Positions 17,437-26,464 of a stretch of 33,676 nt of DNA are shown one piece after another; the first letter of the stretch is position 1, and every line of letters starts with the position of its first letter. The DNA is taken from the IMG/VR virus record IMGVR_UViG_3300021446_000034, positions 1-33,676 of that record; one strand, 5' to 3'. Origin of the DNA: a virus. Its lineage: Duplodnaviria; Caudoviricetes. The translations under genes and the position numbers were made by a program. The notes beneath the pieces are model-generated. The model saw only the letters and a list, made by a program, of their open reading frames with translations. It ran no database searches and had not been told where the DNA came from.

Positions 17437-18729
17437 CTACCAATCCGTTGCTTCATTACAGGTAAGCCGTCCTCTTGAGGCTGCCAATCTATCCCTCGCA
17501 AGTTCAGCATACTCTTCGTCTCTTTCTATACCAACACACCCCCTCCGTGTATTCTCACAAGCAATAGGGGTAGTGCCGCTTCCGAGGAACGGATCAAGAA
17601 CCCTTTGTCCTTCTGCCGTTACCAACTTGACCAACCACTCCATCAGATCAATTGGTTTGACCGTAGGGTGTGAGTGGTCAACCTTTCCACCAACGGTCTT
17701 TTCTGATCTTGATGCCTTGGACGTATAGAAAAAGCGTGACGCTCCGCCGGAATCACCATAGTTGACAGATACATCGCCTTGTCCCTCCAAATCACCAATT
17801 CCTTCCCCATATATCTCGTTAGTATCGTTCCCACTACGGATGTAGGTATCTGGAGAACGAGTAACGCCACTTTGCTCGTCCAATAACTCTGCTGCTTTTT
17901 CGTCCAATGCAAGGTTGGCAGGATAACGACTGTTTGGATTCTTGTCTCCAGTTCTTACGCCATCTCCATGCATCCCTTCCCCATTGCCGTACACTTCCTC
18001 CGTTTCGCTGACTACCCCCTCTGGAAACTCTTCTTTATTCTCGGTTGGTATCCGACACTCTCTAATGTTCAAAGCACCCGTTTCTGTAGACAATATCTGT
18101 TCTACAATCGTATCTTCCTCCAACGGTTTACGTGCTACACAGACAAATTCCGTGGAGGGTTTCAATCCGGTTTTGGCCCCTTTGAATCTCTGAGCGACTT
18201 CAGTAGCAGGAATATACTCCCGAGACGCTTTCTCTTTCGCATCGGGATCATCCATCCAAGGACGGTGGTATCCATCATGATGGGACACGTCCCTATCTAA
18301 ATTCTCTATTTCATTAGCATCTCTGTCCGTCTTCGGATCACCATACTCTCCCTCTTTTCCGAGTTTCTCATCTAACGCCTTATCAACTGCAAGTCCCTTG
18401 GGCATACCAGTACCGTAGAGATATGTGATAGTATCTCTGACAGTAAAACCGGCGTCTTCAATCCCCACCATAGCACGGTGATGAGTCCGATTGCCAGAAA
18501 ACGACAACATATGACCTCCCGGTTTGAGGACTCTCAGAACCTCTTTACTCCATTCCTCACAGAACTGCTGATACTCCTTCGGTTCAAAATCGTCCCAGTC
18601 GTTTCCCATGAACGCCAATCCGTATGGTGCGTCTGTAACACACGCATGAAAATGGTTGTCCGGAAACGATTGGAGCGTGAATGGAACTTCTCCTTTAATC
18701 ACCTCGTGTTTACCAATGTCGGAACTCAC
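17437..18729 (-). CDS. Beta-class amino DNA methyltransferase (likely N6-A)
   Basis: VTDAPYGL (motif IV), RVLKPGG, GGASRFFY, HPTVKPIDLMEWLV, VLDPFLGSGTT. Confidence 0.9.
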   Translation of the reverse strand: MSSDIGKHEVIKGEVPFTLQSFPDNHFHACVTDAPYGLAFMGNDWDDFEPKEYQQFCEEWSKEVLRVLKPGGHMLSFSGNRTHHRAMVGIEDAGFTVRDTITYLYGTGMPKGLAVDKALDEKLGKEGEYGDPKTDRDANEIENLDRDVSHHDGYHRPWMDDPDAKEKASREYIPATEVAQRFKGAKTGLKPSTEFVCVARKPLEEDTIVEQILSTETGALNIRECRIPTENKEEFPEGVVSETEEVYGNGEGMHGDGVRTGDKNPNSRYPANLALDEKAAELLDEQSGVTRSPDTYIRSGNDTNEIYGEGIGDLEGQGDVSVNYGDSGGASRFFYTSKASRSEKTVGGKVDHSHPTVKPIDLMEWLVKLVTAEGQRVLDPFLGSGTTPIACENTRRGCVGIERDEEYAELARDRLAASRGRLTCNEATDW

Positions 18730-18797
18730 GTTTGTTCTACCTCATAGTATAGTCGCTCATTTGCTATCTAAGGAGCAACAGTATGGTTATAATCCGA

Positions 18798-18829
18798 TTC
18801 AAACAAAAACAAGAGGTATGTATCCTATT
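18798..18829 (-). promoter_or_regulatory. Bipartite motif copy 2 (AATAGGATACATAC-N12-TTTGAA)
   Basis: 13/14 identical to the copy at 29253-29266, with the same spacing to TTTGAA. Confidence 0.5.
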
Positions 18830-18860
18830 TACTTATGAAACCTCCTAGACAGCAATCTGA

Positions 18861-19154
18861 CTACTCACCGTGGATAGAAGCGATCAATTGATCGGTACGA
18901 CGAACGTTCGTTCTCACATGACGGCGAAACAATTTTTCATCATTGACCGCAGACATAGTGAACCCATGTTTTTTGTCGCCCACCCACGTCCACATTTTCA
19001 GACGCGTTCTCTCGTCGTCTTCATGCTCCCACTTGTAGTGATACGTGTTTTCCAACTCATTGGTCACTTCCCTTACGATTCTACCGTAGATCGTCTTTGT
19101 ATCGTTCCCCGTCATAGTTATCTGGTTTGCATCTGTCACAATACAGTTCGCCAT
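18861..19154 (-). CDS. Hypothetical protein
   Basis: 97 aa ORF with a GAGGT Shine-Dalgarno-like sequence upstream. Confidence 0.6.
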   Translation of the reverse strand: MANCIVTDANQITMTGNDTKTIYGRIVREVTNELENTYHYKWEHEDDERTRLKMWTWVGDKKHGFTMSAVNDEKLFRRHVRTNVRRTDQLIASIHGE

Positions 19155-19254
19155 CTACCTCGGATGCTGCCGGCCGAAAACATTCGCTACAACTCAAAAA
19201 TGTTCGATCCATATCCGGTTAGGATTGTACCACCACTACTACTGTTACTCCGAG

Positions 19255-20238
19255 TCAGATGCTCATTTCCTCAGCAGAGTCATCAACCCCACCATCTCCT
19301 CCGCCACTTCCAACGTCGGAAAAGTCCGGTTCAGTCGGCATGATCGGATATGCACCGAAAACATTCATCTTTAGTTCACCGTTGTCATTCCGAGCAATGG
19401 TTCCGTAAAAGTCCATTACGGAATACTCTCCGAAGGTAATCGTCTCTGGGTCAATCCACCCCGTTAGACCCGGAGTTCTGGTGTTTTCCGCATCATCACC
19501 GATAACCTCCTCATCCAGCTCTTCTACCGGATCAACAACGGATTCGTCTTGGAGCGTCAACACCCCATAGGACCAGTCATCCGGAATGTAGAAGTCAACA
19601 ACCGTTGCCTGCATCCTCTTTATATCTCCACCAAACTCCGCAGTATATCCTTGTGAGTTCGTCTGAGAAATGTGGTCGGTCACGTCAACAAGAGTCGCAC
19701 GGTCGGTAACGTGGTTTTCGTTCACCCACTCGTGTCGCTCCCCTTCAGTCATATCTATTTCCGAGGACATAACCTCCGTCTCATCCGTAGAGTTACACAC
19801 ATAGAGATCGCTTACCTCGGAGGATACACTAACGGAGAAATTACCCTCAAGAGCATTGAACGGTTCAAACTGTTCTTTGATCTCTCCGAGCGGCGCATCT
19901 TCTCCATCAATGATGAACACCCCTTTGTTCGCTGGTTCGTCTTCCGGATTTGCGATTCCATATGCGAGGAGTGTGTCACCGTTTTTCCATTCTTGAATAC
20001 CCGAATGACCAATGGCGATAATGTCTACTGTCTCCGCATCAGCATCAATCGCTTGGTCTTCATTGTACTTTGACCGAAACTGAACGAAGGCAGTGCTTTG
20101 GATTGTCCTATCACCGACAGCATCAGTAGAGTTCTCTTTTACATCCTTCAGCTGTTCATTAAACAGTTCCCGCGCCTCTTCCATTTCCAGATCGTCTTTC
20201 GCTTCAACGAAACTCTCGACTTTGGACTCAATATTCAT
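19255..20238 (-). CDS. Acidic protein, possible OB-fold single-stranded DNA-binding protein
   Basis: Beta-rich C-terminal domain (MQATVVDFY...GVLTLQDES...FGEYSVMDFYGTI...MNVFGAYP) and an acidic Gly-rich tail, in replication context. Confidence 0.45.
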   Translation of the reverse strand: MNIESKVESFVEAKDDLEMEEARELFNEQLKDVKENSTDAVGDRTIQSTAFVQFRSKYNEDQAIDADAETVDIIAIGHSGIQEWKNGDTLLAYGIANPEDEPANKGVFIIDGEDAPLGEIKEQFEPFNALEGNFSVSVSSEVSDLYVCNSTDETEVMSSEIDMTEGERHEWVNENHVTDRATLVDVTDHISQTNSQGYTAEFGGDIKRMQATVVDFYIPDDWSYGVLTLQDESVVDPVEELDEEVIGDDAENTRTPGLTGWIDPETITFGEYSVMDFYGTIARNDNGELKMNVFGAYPIMPTEPDFSDVGSGGGDGGVDDSAEEMSI

Positions 20239-20382
20239 TGTTACAGTAGTAGAACCGCAACCGATTGATTGGAAAACTATCCACCGACAACTCCGCCACT
20301 ACCTACATCAGATGTGTTACCAGTGTGAACTACCGCGCCCTACAATTCCGCATAGTGGACAATGTAGCTGAGAGTAGTTACA

Positions 20383-23300
20383 TCATTGACACGGTGAAAA
20401 ACCACATGATATACATAGACTACAACCTTCTCTCTGTTCCATCACACCCTCTCCACATTCCGGACAAGGATTTTCACTCTCAGAATCAACCTCTACCGAT
20501 TTTTCGTCTTCTTCATCACTACTTCCGTCAGTAGTTAGAACCTGTTTACTGCGAGTTCCCTGTCTATAGTAGGTCACGCCTTTTCCATCATTTTCGTAAA
20601 TGTATTCAAACGCCTCCTTGGCGTCTTTAAGTGTTGACTCATGTGATGCGTTTACACTCTTGGAGATAGCCGATCCTACTCCTTCTTGTAGCGCACACTG
20701 AACAGAGGCGTGTTCCAGACCGGAAAGTTCACCAGCAGTAACGAACAGCTCACCGATTCGTTTCGGTACTGCTGAAAGACCCTCAACCCCATCAAAATCG
20801 TTGGTCGCCATCTGCTCTTTTGCCTCGTCTTTTACCTCCTCCACATCGATGTCGTTGGCCTCCAACACACGAAGGAAATAATCGTCAAATTCCACTAACA
20901 TTTCATCACCCTGAACGTCGTCGCTGACGTTTTTGTGATAAGCTACATTATAGATGGGTTCACATCCTCCTGTAGTATTCCCAACCATTCCGGTGGTCCC
21001 AGTCGGGGCTATTGTAGTCGTATCGTAGTTTCTGATGGGGAACCCCTCTTGCCAGTCTATTGCCTTCTCCCCCGTCTGTCTCTCAAACCACTCGCTATGC
21101 TTACGAGGATAGGCATACTTGGAATCGGGCCATGCAGCAAACGACTGACGTTCAACGGAGAGTTCCTTACTTGCTTGTTTTGACTCTTGGTTGATATGGA
21201 CCATCACCTGCCGAGCAACCTCATTACCGACCTCACTGCCATACTCCACGCCGAGTTGGATATACATTTGAGCAAGCCCCATGATCCCAAGGCCGATCTT
21301 CCGTGTCCGACCAACCACCTCGGAGATGTCTTCTGTTGGGAAGTCATTCATGGTTATGACATTATCAAGGAACCTCGTTCCAATATGGATACGATTATCC
21401 ATGTCTTCCCAGTCAATAGCCTCCTCAAGGAAAGACTCAACTCGTTCCTCTAGTTCTCCATTACCATCATACTCATCCCAAAGTGTACGATTGTCGTCTA
21501 CTACGGTAGATAGGTTGATATGCCCCAAATTACAAGCGTCATTTTCCATGAGAGGCTGCTCGCCACAGTTTCCTGTAACACAATGACTCAATCGGAACGT
21601 ATGTGATGGATGATGTACGGTAATATCCCATACATCTTCTCCGCCCTCTCGTTTTGTAACGCTTTCAATAGTCGAATGGCGAGAATTGACGTTTCTCCGT
21701 TGTGGCTCCGGAAGTTCATCTAACTCTTGTTGCTTTCTTTCATGAGTAATGTCGAATTTCGCGTTGAATTGATCTGAGGGAATAGTTGAAAGGTTGATAA
21801 TCTTGCTTTCATACTCTTCAGAACCCAACGTATCAGTCCTGTCTCTAATGCTATGTTTTAGGCCATAGAAACCAAGGAGATCGGAGAAATCGCTAACTAA
21901 CTCATCATGAGCTGAGGTTATTCCAGATCGGTTATCCTGATTCGACACATGACCATCAGACGAAAACAAACCATCAATGAAACCACGCCGGAAACTCTCC
22001 GAGCATTCTTCCCAGAATAGATCTGGCAACCCATCTTCCTTCTTACAAACATTGAAAGAATCCATGTAGTCATTGATTTCTTTGTTCGCTGCATCAAACT
22101 GTGCCCAATCCTCTCCGCCGTCATTTGTAACAGATGGAGTATAGCGAAAGCCCGTTATGTTTTCGACTTTATCAAGGATTTTCTCCATAATACCATTCTC
22201 TTGATTCTCTTCACTAAAACCAAAACCAAACTGGCGAGGACTGGCTTTATCGCTACGAATTGTCACCCACCCGTCGCCGTACAACCAACCTATTAAGAAC
22301 CCGTCTTCACGATCTCCTCTGTTACCACACTTAAGACTGTCAAGTTGTGTGAGCGGTATTCTGTCTCCTTCTTCAAGTTCATCAGTCTCTGTTTTTTCAT
22401 AACCATTGTACTCTACTTGGCCGCTTTCGTGGCTCCAAACAGGATCATCGTTAAGAACTGGCCACTCATGCTCCTCAGTAGCTCGGTATGTTTTCTCATT
22501 TTCAATCTCAACTTCATATACTGTCTCGCCTTCACCTGAAAGGAAACACTCACCTTTTGCCCACTCTCCTTCCAAAGTAGGAACTTGAATTTCTTGACCC
22601 TCCAATTCTTCAATTGGGTAAATGCCATCGCTTGTTAGAACTTTGGTCTCAGCTCCCAAGGAAGGGTTCGTAGCTTGGACCTCATATTGTCCACCCCTAC
22701 CAGTGGGAGAAGACCGTGTTGGGAAAGCATGGTCACGATTGATCTGGTCGAGATAGACAACCCCCGGTTCTCCGTTTTCGTATGCACCTTCCACAATGTC
22801 TTCCCACAACTCTTCAGCCGGAATTGACAGTGGTTCTCCTACCTCTACATACTTCCCGAGACCATGCCATTCGTACATCTCTTTAGTCTGTTCGGTTGCA
22901 ATGTGTGGATCGCCTGTCCGTGGATTGATGAAGGTGTGTTCTTCTCCCTCTTTTACTGCCTCCATAAAATCATCCGTCATTCCCACGGAGATATTGAAAT
23001 TAGAGAGATGTCCTTCAACAGCGTTGCGAAGGTGCTTTGGCACTTTTCCATCCTCATCAATCAACTCTCGGGCCTCCTCAAGTGCCTCACCGAAAGAAGT
23101 ATAGGTAGGATCGTCCGGATCGTTCAGTTTGAGAGTCCGTGCCAGAGACACGTCCTTGTTCTTTGCATGAATGAACTGAATTACGTCCGGATGAGTAACA
23201 CGCATGACACCCATCTGGGCACCCCTCCTCATCCCCGCCGCCGCAACAGTGCTACACATCTGGTCAAATGTACGCATGAAAGACAACGGACCAGAGGCCA

Positions 23301-23937
23301 CTCCTCCCGTACTCCCTACTGTATCGCCGTATGGTCGAAGTTGAGAGAAGGGATAGCCAACCCCACCCCCGCTCTGAAACGTGAGAGCCGCCTGTTTTGC
23401 AGTATCATGAATTTCACCCATGTCATCGGAAGGATGCAAAACAAAGCAGGCCGACAGCATTTGCAAGTCGTCTCCTGCGTTCACCAAGGTAGGAGTATTG
23501 GGAACGAACTGAAGATTCTCCATCAGGTTACGGAACTCTTCTGCCGTAGTCCGTACCTTCTCTTCAATCTCCGTAGGAAGGTCGCTTACAAATCGTTCAT
23601 AGTCTGCATAAACGATGTTGTCTTCCGTGAGAAGCATCCGAGTGTAGTTGTCAAACTCCTCATCGATTATCTCCTCACGCTTTGGATGATCCCTTTTCAC
23701 ATGACGTGGAGAGAACGCCAAATCAGCATCAGCATGAACTGCTTCTGCCAATGCAACGTTCTGTGCTACTCTCTCAAACAATTCCTCCTGTTCTTCTACC
23801 AATTCACCATCCGCGTTTTTCTTGAGATACCTCGCAGGAAGGATGTTGTGGTACGCATTGGATGTAAGAGTTTCTTCCAACGGCTCATCAACTGTTGCTG
23901 GCTTCGTCGGCAAAACGACGTTTTCGTTATCAGACAT
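20383..23937 (-). CDS. nrdJ: Class II (adenosylcobalamin) ribonucleotide reductase containing an intein
   Basis: FVPNTPTLVNAG, LSACFV, GGGVG, RRGAQM, GEPG, ATNP|CGEQ, CNLGHINL, RKIGLGIMG, TIAPTGT, AISKSVN, KGVTYYR and a C-terminal Zn ribbon. Confidence 0.95.
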   Translation of the reverse strand: MSDNENVVLPTKPATVDEPLEETLTSNAYHNILPARYLKKNADGELVEEQEELFERVAQNVALAEAVHADADLAFSPRHVKRDHPKREEIIDEEFDNYTRMLLTEDNIVYADYERFVSDLPTEIEEKVRTTAEEFRNLMENLQFVPNTPTLVNAGDDLQMLSACFVLHPSDDMGEIHDTAKQAALTFQSGGGVGYPFSQLRPYGDTVGSTGGVASGPLSFMRTFDQMCSTVAAAGMRRGAQMGVMRVTHPDVIQFIHAKNKDVSLARTLKLNDPDDPTYTSFGEALEEARELIDEDGKVPKHLRNAVEGHLSNFNISVGMTDDFMEAVKEGEEHTFINPRTGDPHIATEQTKEMYEWHGLGKYVEVGEPLSIPAEELWEDIVEGAYENGEPGVVYLDQINRDHAFPTRSSPTGRGGQYEVQATNPSLGAETKVLTSDGIYPIEELEGQEIQVPTLEGEWAKGECFLSGEGETVYEVEIENEKTYRATEEHEWPVLNDDPVWSHESGQVEYNGYEKTETDELEEGDRIPLTQLDSLKCGNRGDREDGFLIGWLYGDGWVTIRSDKASPRQFGFGFSEENQENGIMEKILDKVENITGFRYTPSVTNDGGEDWAQFDAANKEINDYMDSFNVCKKEDGLPDLFWEECSESFRRGFIDGLFSSDGHVSNQDNRSGITSAHDELVSDFSDLLGFYGLKHSIRDRTDTLGSEEYESKIINLSTIPSDQFNAKFDITHERKQQELDELPEPQRRNVNSRHSTIESVTKREGGEDVWDITVHHPSHTFRLSHCVTGNCGEQPLMENDACNLGHINLSTVVDDNRTLWDEYDGNGELEERVESFLEEAIDWEDMDNRIHIGTRFLDNVITMNDFPTEDISEVVGRTRKIGLGIMGLAQMYIQLGVEYGSEVGNEVARQVMVHINQESKQASKELSVERQSFAAWPDSKYAYPRKHSEWFERQTGEKAIDWQEGFPIRNYDTTTIAPTGTTGMVGNTTGGCEPIYNVAYHKNVSDDVQGDEMLVEFDDYFLRVLEANDIDVEEVKDEAKEQMATNDFDGVEGLSAVPKRIGELFVTAGELSGLEHASVQCALQEGVGSAISKSVNASHESTLKDAKEAFEYIYENDGKGVTYYRQGTRSKQVLTTDGSSDEEDEKSVEVDSESENPCPECGEGVMEQREGCSLCISCGFSPCQ
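21568..22662 (-). mobile_element. 365-aa intein with LAGLIDADG homing endonuclease, inserted before the catalytic Cys (NP|CGEQ)
   Basis: Starts SLGAETKVLT; block B ATEEHEW; LAGLIDADG motifs GFLIGWLYGDG and GFIDGLFSSDG; block F DVWDITV; ends VTGN|C. Confidence 0.92.
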
Positions 23938-23963
23938 TTGTCGGTAATCGTCTCATAAGAGGA

Positions 23964-23982
23964 CGAATAGGTTTATATCTTT
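23964..23982 (-). promoter_or_regulatory. Host-type BRE/TATA promoter for nrdJ
   Basis: The minus strand reads GGGAAAAGATATAAACC about 30-45 nt upstream of ATG 23937. Confidence 0.5.
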
Positions 23983-24008
23983 TCCCGTCTATACAACCAA
24001 GAAAAATA

Positions 24009-24407
24009 CTACACCAGTTTGAGTATTCTATTCACTGCTGGCCGACCAAACTGCTGAAACTCGGTCGTGTGTTCACGAATAATCGGTTCCATATTCTCAA
24101 CCAGTCCATCATACCTGTCTGTCCACACTACCACTGGTTTGTCTTCAGCCTGTGCTGCCTGCATTTCAGTTACCATACGGAAACGGCCCGCATCCGGTTC
24201 ATAATGGACAAGAATAGCATCTGCTTTTTCGACCAACGAAACTGCCTGTTCCATCTTCTCTTCTGGATCATGATACCGAGGATAGTCCAACGGATTGATG
24301 AACTCCACATCACCATAGGTGGTAGCGTCAATAATATCGTTTCTCCAGCGTTGAGGATTGCTTGAACTCTGAATCGGACCGGAAAGGTAGATTGTGGTGA
24401 GACTCAT
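24009..24407 (-). CDS. Nucleoside 2-deoxyribosyltransferase/dNMP N-glycosidase family protein
   Basis: TIYLSGPI...WR...FINPLD...ADAILV...TEMQAA...KPVVVW. Confidence 0.7.
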   Translation of the reverse strand: MSLTTIYLSGPIQSSSNPQRWRNDIIDATTYGDVEFINPLDYPRYHDPEEKMEQAVSLVEKADAILVHYEPDAGRFRMVTEMQAAQAEDKPVVVWTDRYDGLVENMEPIIREHTTEFQQFGRPAVNRILKLV

Positions 24408-24865
24408 CCGTTGGTACACTTTTCTTGATATGAATCAATAACGTTACCAGTAAGACTCACACTGAACCCCTCTCCAACAAGATACTCTATCATATCAATG
24501 AGACGTTCCAGACTGAACGAAAAATACTTGCTTTCCTCGTGGTATCTGGTGTACGCCTCGACTTCTTCTGCGTCTCGCCTCGTCTTCCGGATCGTTTCTT
24601 TGTAGTGTTTGAATTTCTCATCCGGTAACGTAGCCACCTTAACCAATTTCACCCGATCGTATCCTGCTTTGCTGCTCTGGAACGGATGTTTGAGGTGGAG
24701 TTCAGCCTTTTCAGAGGTTGGTTTCACAACAGGCAGGAAATGAACCTCCCAATGATCCCAAACCGGAATATCCATTTCTTTCTCAAACGACGACCGATAC
24801 ACTTTGTAAAGGGGGTCACTTCCCGATGCTGTGTCTTCCGCCGCAATAGAACTCTCTTCAACCAT
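24404..24865 (-). CDS. Hypothetical protein
   Basis: 153 aa ORF overlapping its neighbours. Confidence 0.65.
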   Translation of the reverse strand: MVEESSIAAEDTASGSDPLYKVYRSSFEKEMDIPVWDHWEVHFLPVVKPTSEKAELHLKHPFQSSKAGYDRVKLVKVATLPDEKFKHYKETIRKTRRDAEEVEAYTRYHEESKYFSFSLERLIDMIEYLVGEGFSVSLTGNVIDSYQEKCTNG

Positions 24866-25776
24866 TAGTTGTCCTCAATCGCCGTCAGTTCGTTCTCTGC
24901 AATCTGGATATGAAGTGACTTGTTCTCTTGACCCGGATGATTTTTGATTTCTGCCTCAATCAGATCGCCTTGTCCCTGACTCATATACAAGAAGAAAGAT
25001 ACGGTATGCTGAAACAAAGAACCACCATATACGAATTGCGAACTCCCGTAGGAACCCGGATTTTCGTATATCTGTGCTGTAATCAAAACAGGAACACCCA
25101 ACTCCTCTGCAACCCTCTCCAACTCGGTGAGCTGTCGCCCCATTTCCGTGGACCGTTGAGAAAGTGACCCCCTATCCTCGAACTTATCGCTAAGACGGAA
25201 ACGAGCAGTAAACGAATCCACTACCAACAACGATATGTCTTCATAGCTCTCTCTTACCGCTCCAAGAGCGTTCAACTGTTGGTCAAGGTCGTATGCTCCG
25301 ATCCGGTGGATTTTGTCCTGTGTGGCTTCCTCATTCGCAAGAGACTGTAACCTCTCAGGACGGTATCTTCCCCTTTCAGTCTCCAGATAAACCGCCGGTT
25401 TTCCCGTCTCTTCCACTGCCGATACGAGCGCCTGAAAGGACAACTGAGTCTTTCCAACTCCCGACCCCCCAGCAAGAGCAACTACAAATCCTTCCTCCCA
25501 CCCACCTCCAGTAGCCTCATCTAACAGAGACATACCCGTAGAGATTGATTCCTTACTGTCGTATTCATCCACCACATCAGCACCCGTTTGGATTACTACC
25601 GAATTGCGCCTTGCCTCAGTAATGATTCGTCCAGCCTTCGCCTCTCCTACTCCTGCATCAAGCAAATCCTCTTCTTCTAACTCCGAAAGTTCCGCCAACG
25701 ATTCTGCACCAGCACTGTTGATCTTCTTGACCGTACTTGGTCCTACTCCAGAAATATCACTTATCTCTTGTGCCAT
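24865..25776 (-). CDS. radA: RadA recombinase
   Basis: N-terminal HhH ISGVGPSTVKK, ISTG...LD...GGG, GGSGVGKTQL, YLETE..YRPERL, LLVVDSFTARFR, RGSLSQR. Confidence 0.92.
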   Translation of the reverse strand: MAQEISDISGVGPSTVKKINSAGAESLAELSELEEEDLLDAGVGEAKAGRIITEARRNSVVIQTGADVVDEYDSKESISTGMSLLDEATGGGWEEGFVVALAGGSGVGKTQLSFQALVSAVEETGKPAVYLETERGRYRPERLQSLANEEATQDKIHRIGAYDLDQQLNALGAVRESYEDISLLVVDSFTARFRLSDKFEDRGSLSQRSTEMGRQLTELERVAEELGVPVLITAQIYENPGSYGSSQFVYGGSLFQHTVSFFLYMSQGQGDLIEAEIKNHPGQENKSLHIQIAENELTAIEDN

Positions 25777-26192
25777 TATTTACTCCATCCTGCATCTTCC
25801 AGAAACTCCTCAATAGACCTCTGCCAAATTCCAGTAGTCCACTCGTAGTTTTCAGACCATTCGGTAAATGGAGCTTTTTCGCCGTTCTTCTTCAAAGAAT
25901 GATATTCAAATGGAACATCCCAACCCCGCTCTACCAACAACCTATCCTCATTAACGTAATCTTTCTCGCTGCCATTGACCAACCAAGTACCATAACATTC
26001 CAAATCCAACATACCCTCCAGCATATCAGTATCAGGATCAACCTGCGTGAAAAATGCACTAAATTCTCTTGCAGCCAAAGAAGACCAAGTTCCGATTACG
26101 TAGGGATGGTCCTCCAGTAGATCAACAGCGACCTCTATTCGTCTTTCTACGTTCTCTCGGATTTCTTCTTCGGTATAATCTTTGTCACTCAT
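25776..26192 (-). CDS. Hypothetical protein
   Basis: 138 aa acidic ORF overlapping the radA start. Confidence 0.65.
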   Translation of the reverse strand: MSDKDYTEEEIRENVERRIEVAVDLLEDHPYVIGTWSSLAAREFSAFFTQVDPDTDMLEGMLDLECYGTWLVNGSEKDYVNEDRLLVERGWDVPFEYHSLKKNGEKAPFTEWSENYEWTTGIWQRSIEEFLEDAGWSK

Positions 26193-26319
26193 CGTATTGA
26201 CGGAAATGGTAGAGTGCTTCGTTCAAGTTTGAATATCTGGTCTGACTATCCAGACTGCTCCAATGGTTGATGACCGTCTGAAGAATTTGAAAACCCTCCT
26301 TGAACTGATCATCACTCAT
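26185..26319 (-). CDS. 44-aa hypothetical protein
   Basis: Below cutoff. MSDDQFKEGFQILQTVINHWSSLDSQTRYSNLNEALYHFRQYDE, with ATGAGTGA overlaps at both ends. Confidence 0.55.
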   Translation of the reverse strand: MSDDQFKEGFQILQTVINHWSSLDSQTRYSNLNEALYHFRQYDE

Positions 26320-26464
26320 TTTTCGTCCAGTTGCTACACTCATCATTATCGCAGACTCGGATTCTGCCGTTGGAAATCATAGTATCATGACACTCAGTAC
26401 AGTTCTGTTGGATTGGAAACCACGTATCACCCGGATAAATGTGTTTCTCCCACTCTTTGTTCAT
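26312..26464 (-). CDS. 50-aa zinc-finger microprotein
   Basis: Below cutoff. MNKEWEKHIYPGDTWFPIQQNCTECHDTMISNGRIRVCDNDECSNWTKNE; ATGA overlap with the hjc stop. Confidence 0.6.
   Translation of the reverse strand: MNKEWEKHIYPGDTWFPIQQNCTECHDTMISNGRIRVCDNDECSNWTKNE

Noticed and set aside
22864-23958. 364-aa plus-strand ORF and the many other plus-strand ORFs in the track
   Set aside because: They are antisense shadows of well-supported minus-strand genes, with non-acidic composition and no motifs.
25776-26192. YTEEEIRE as a ninth copy of the module
   Set aside because: It lacks the N-[VI] and the preceding helix, so it is an ordinary helix N-cap.
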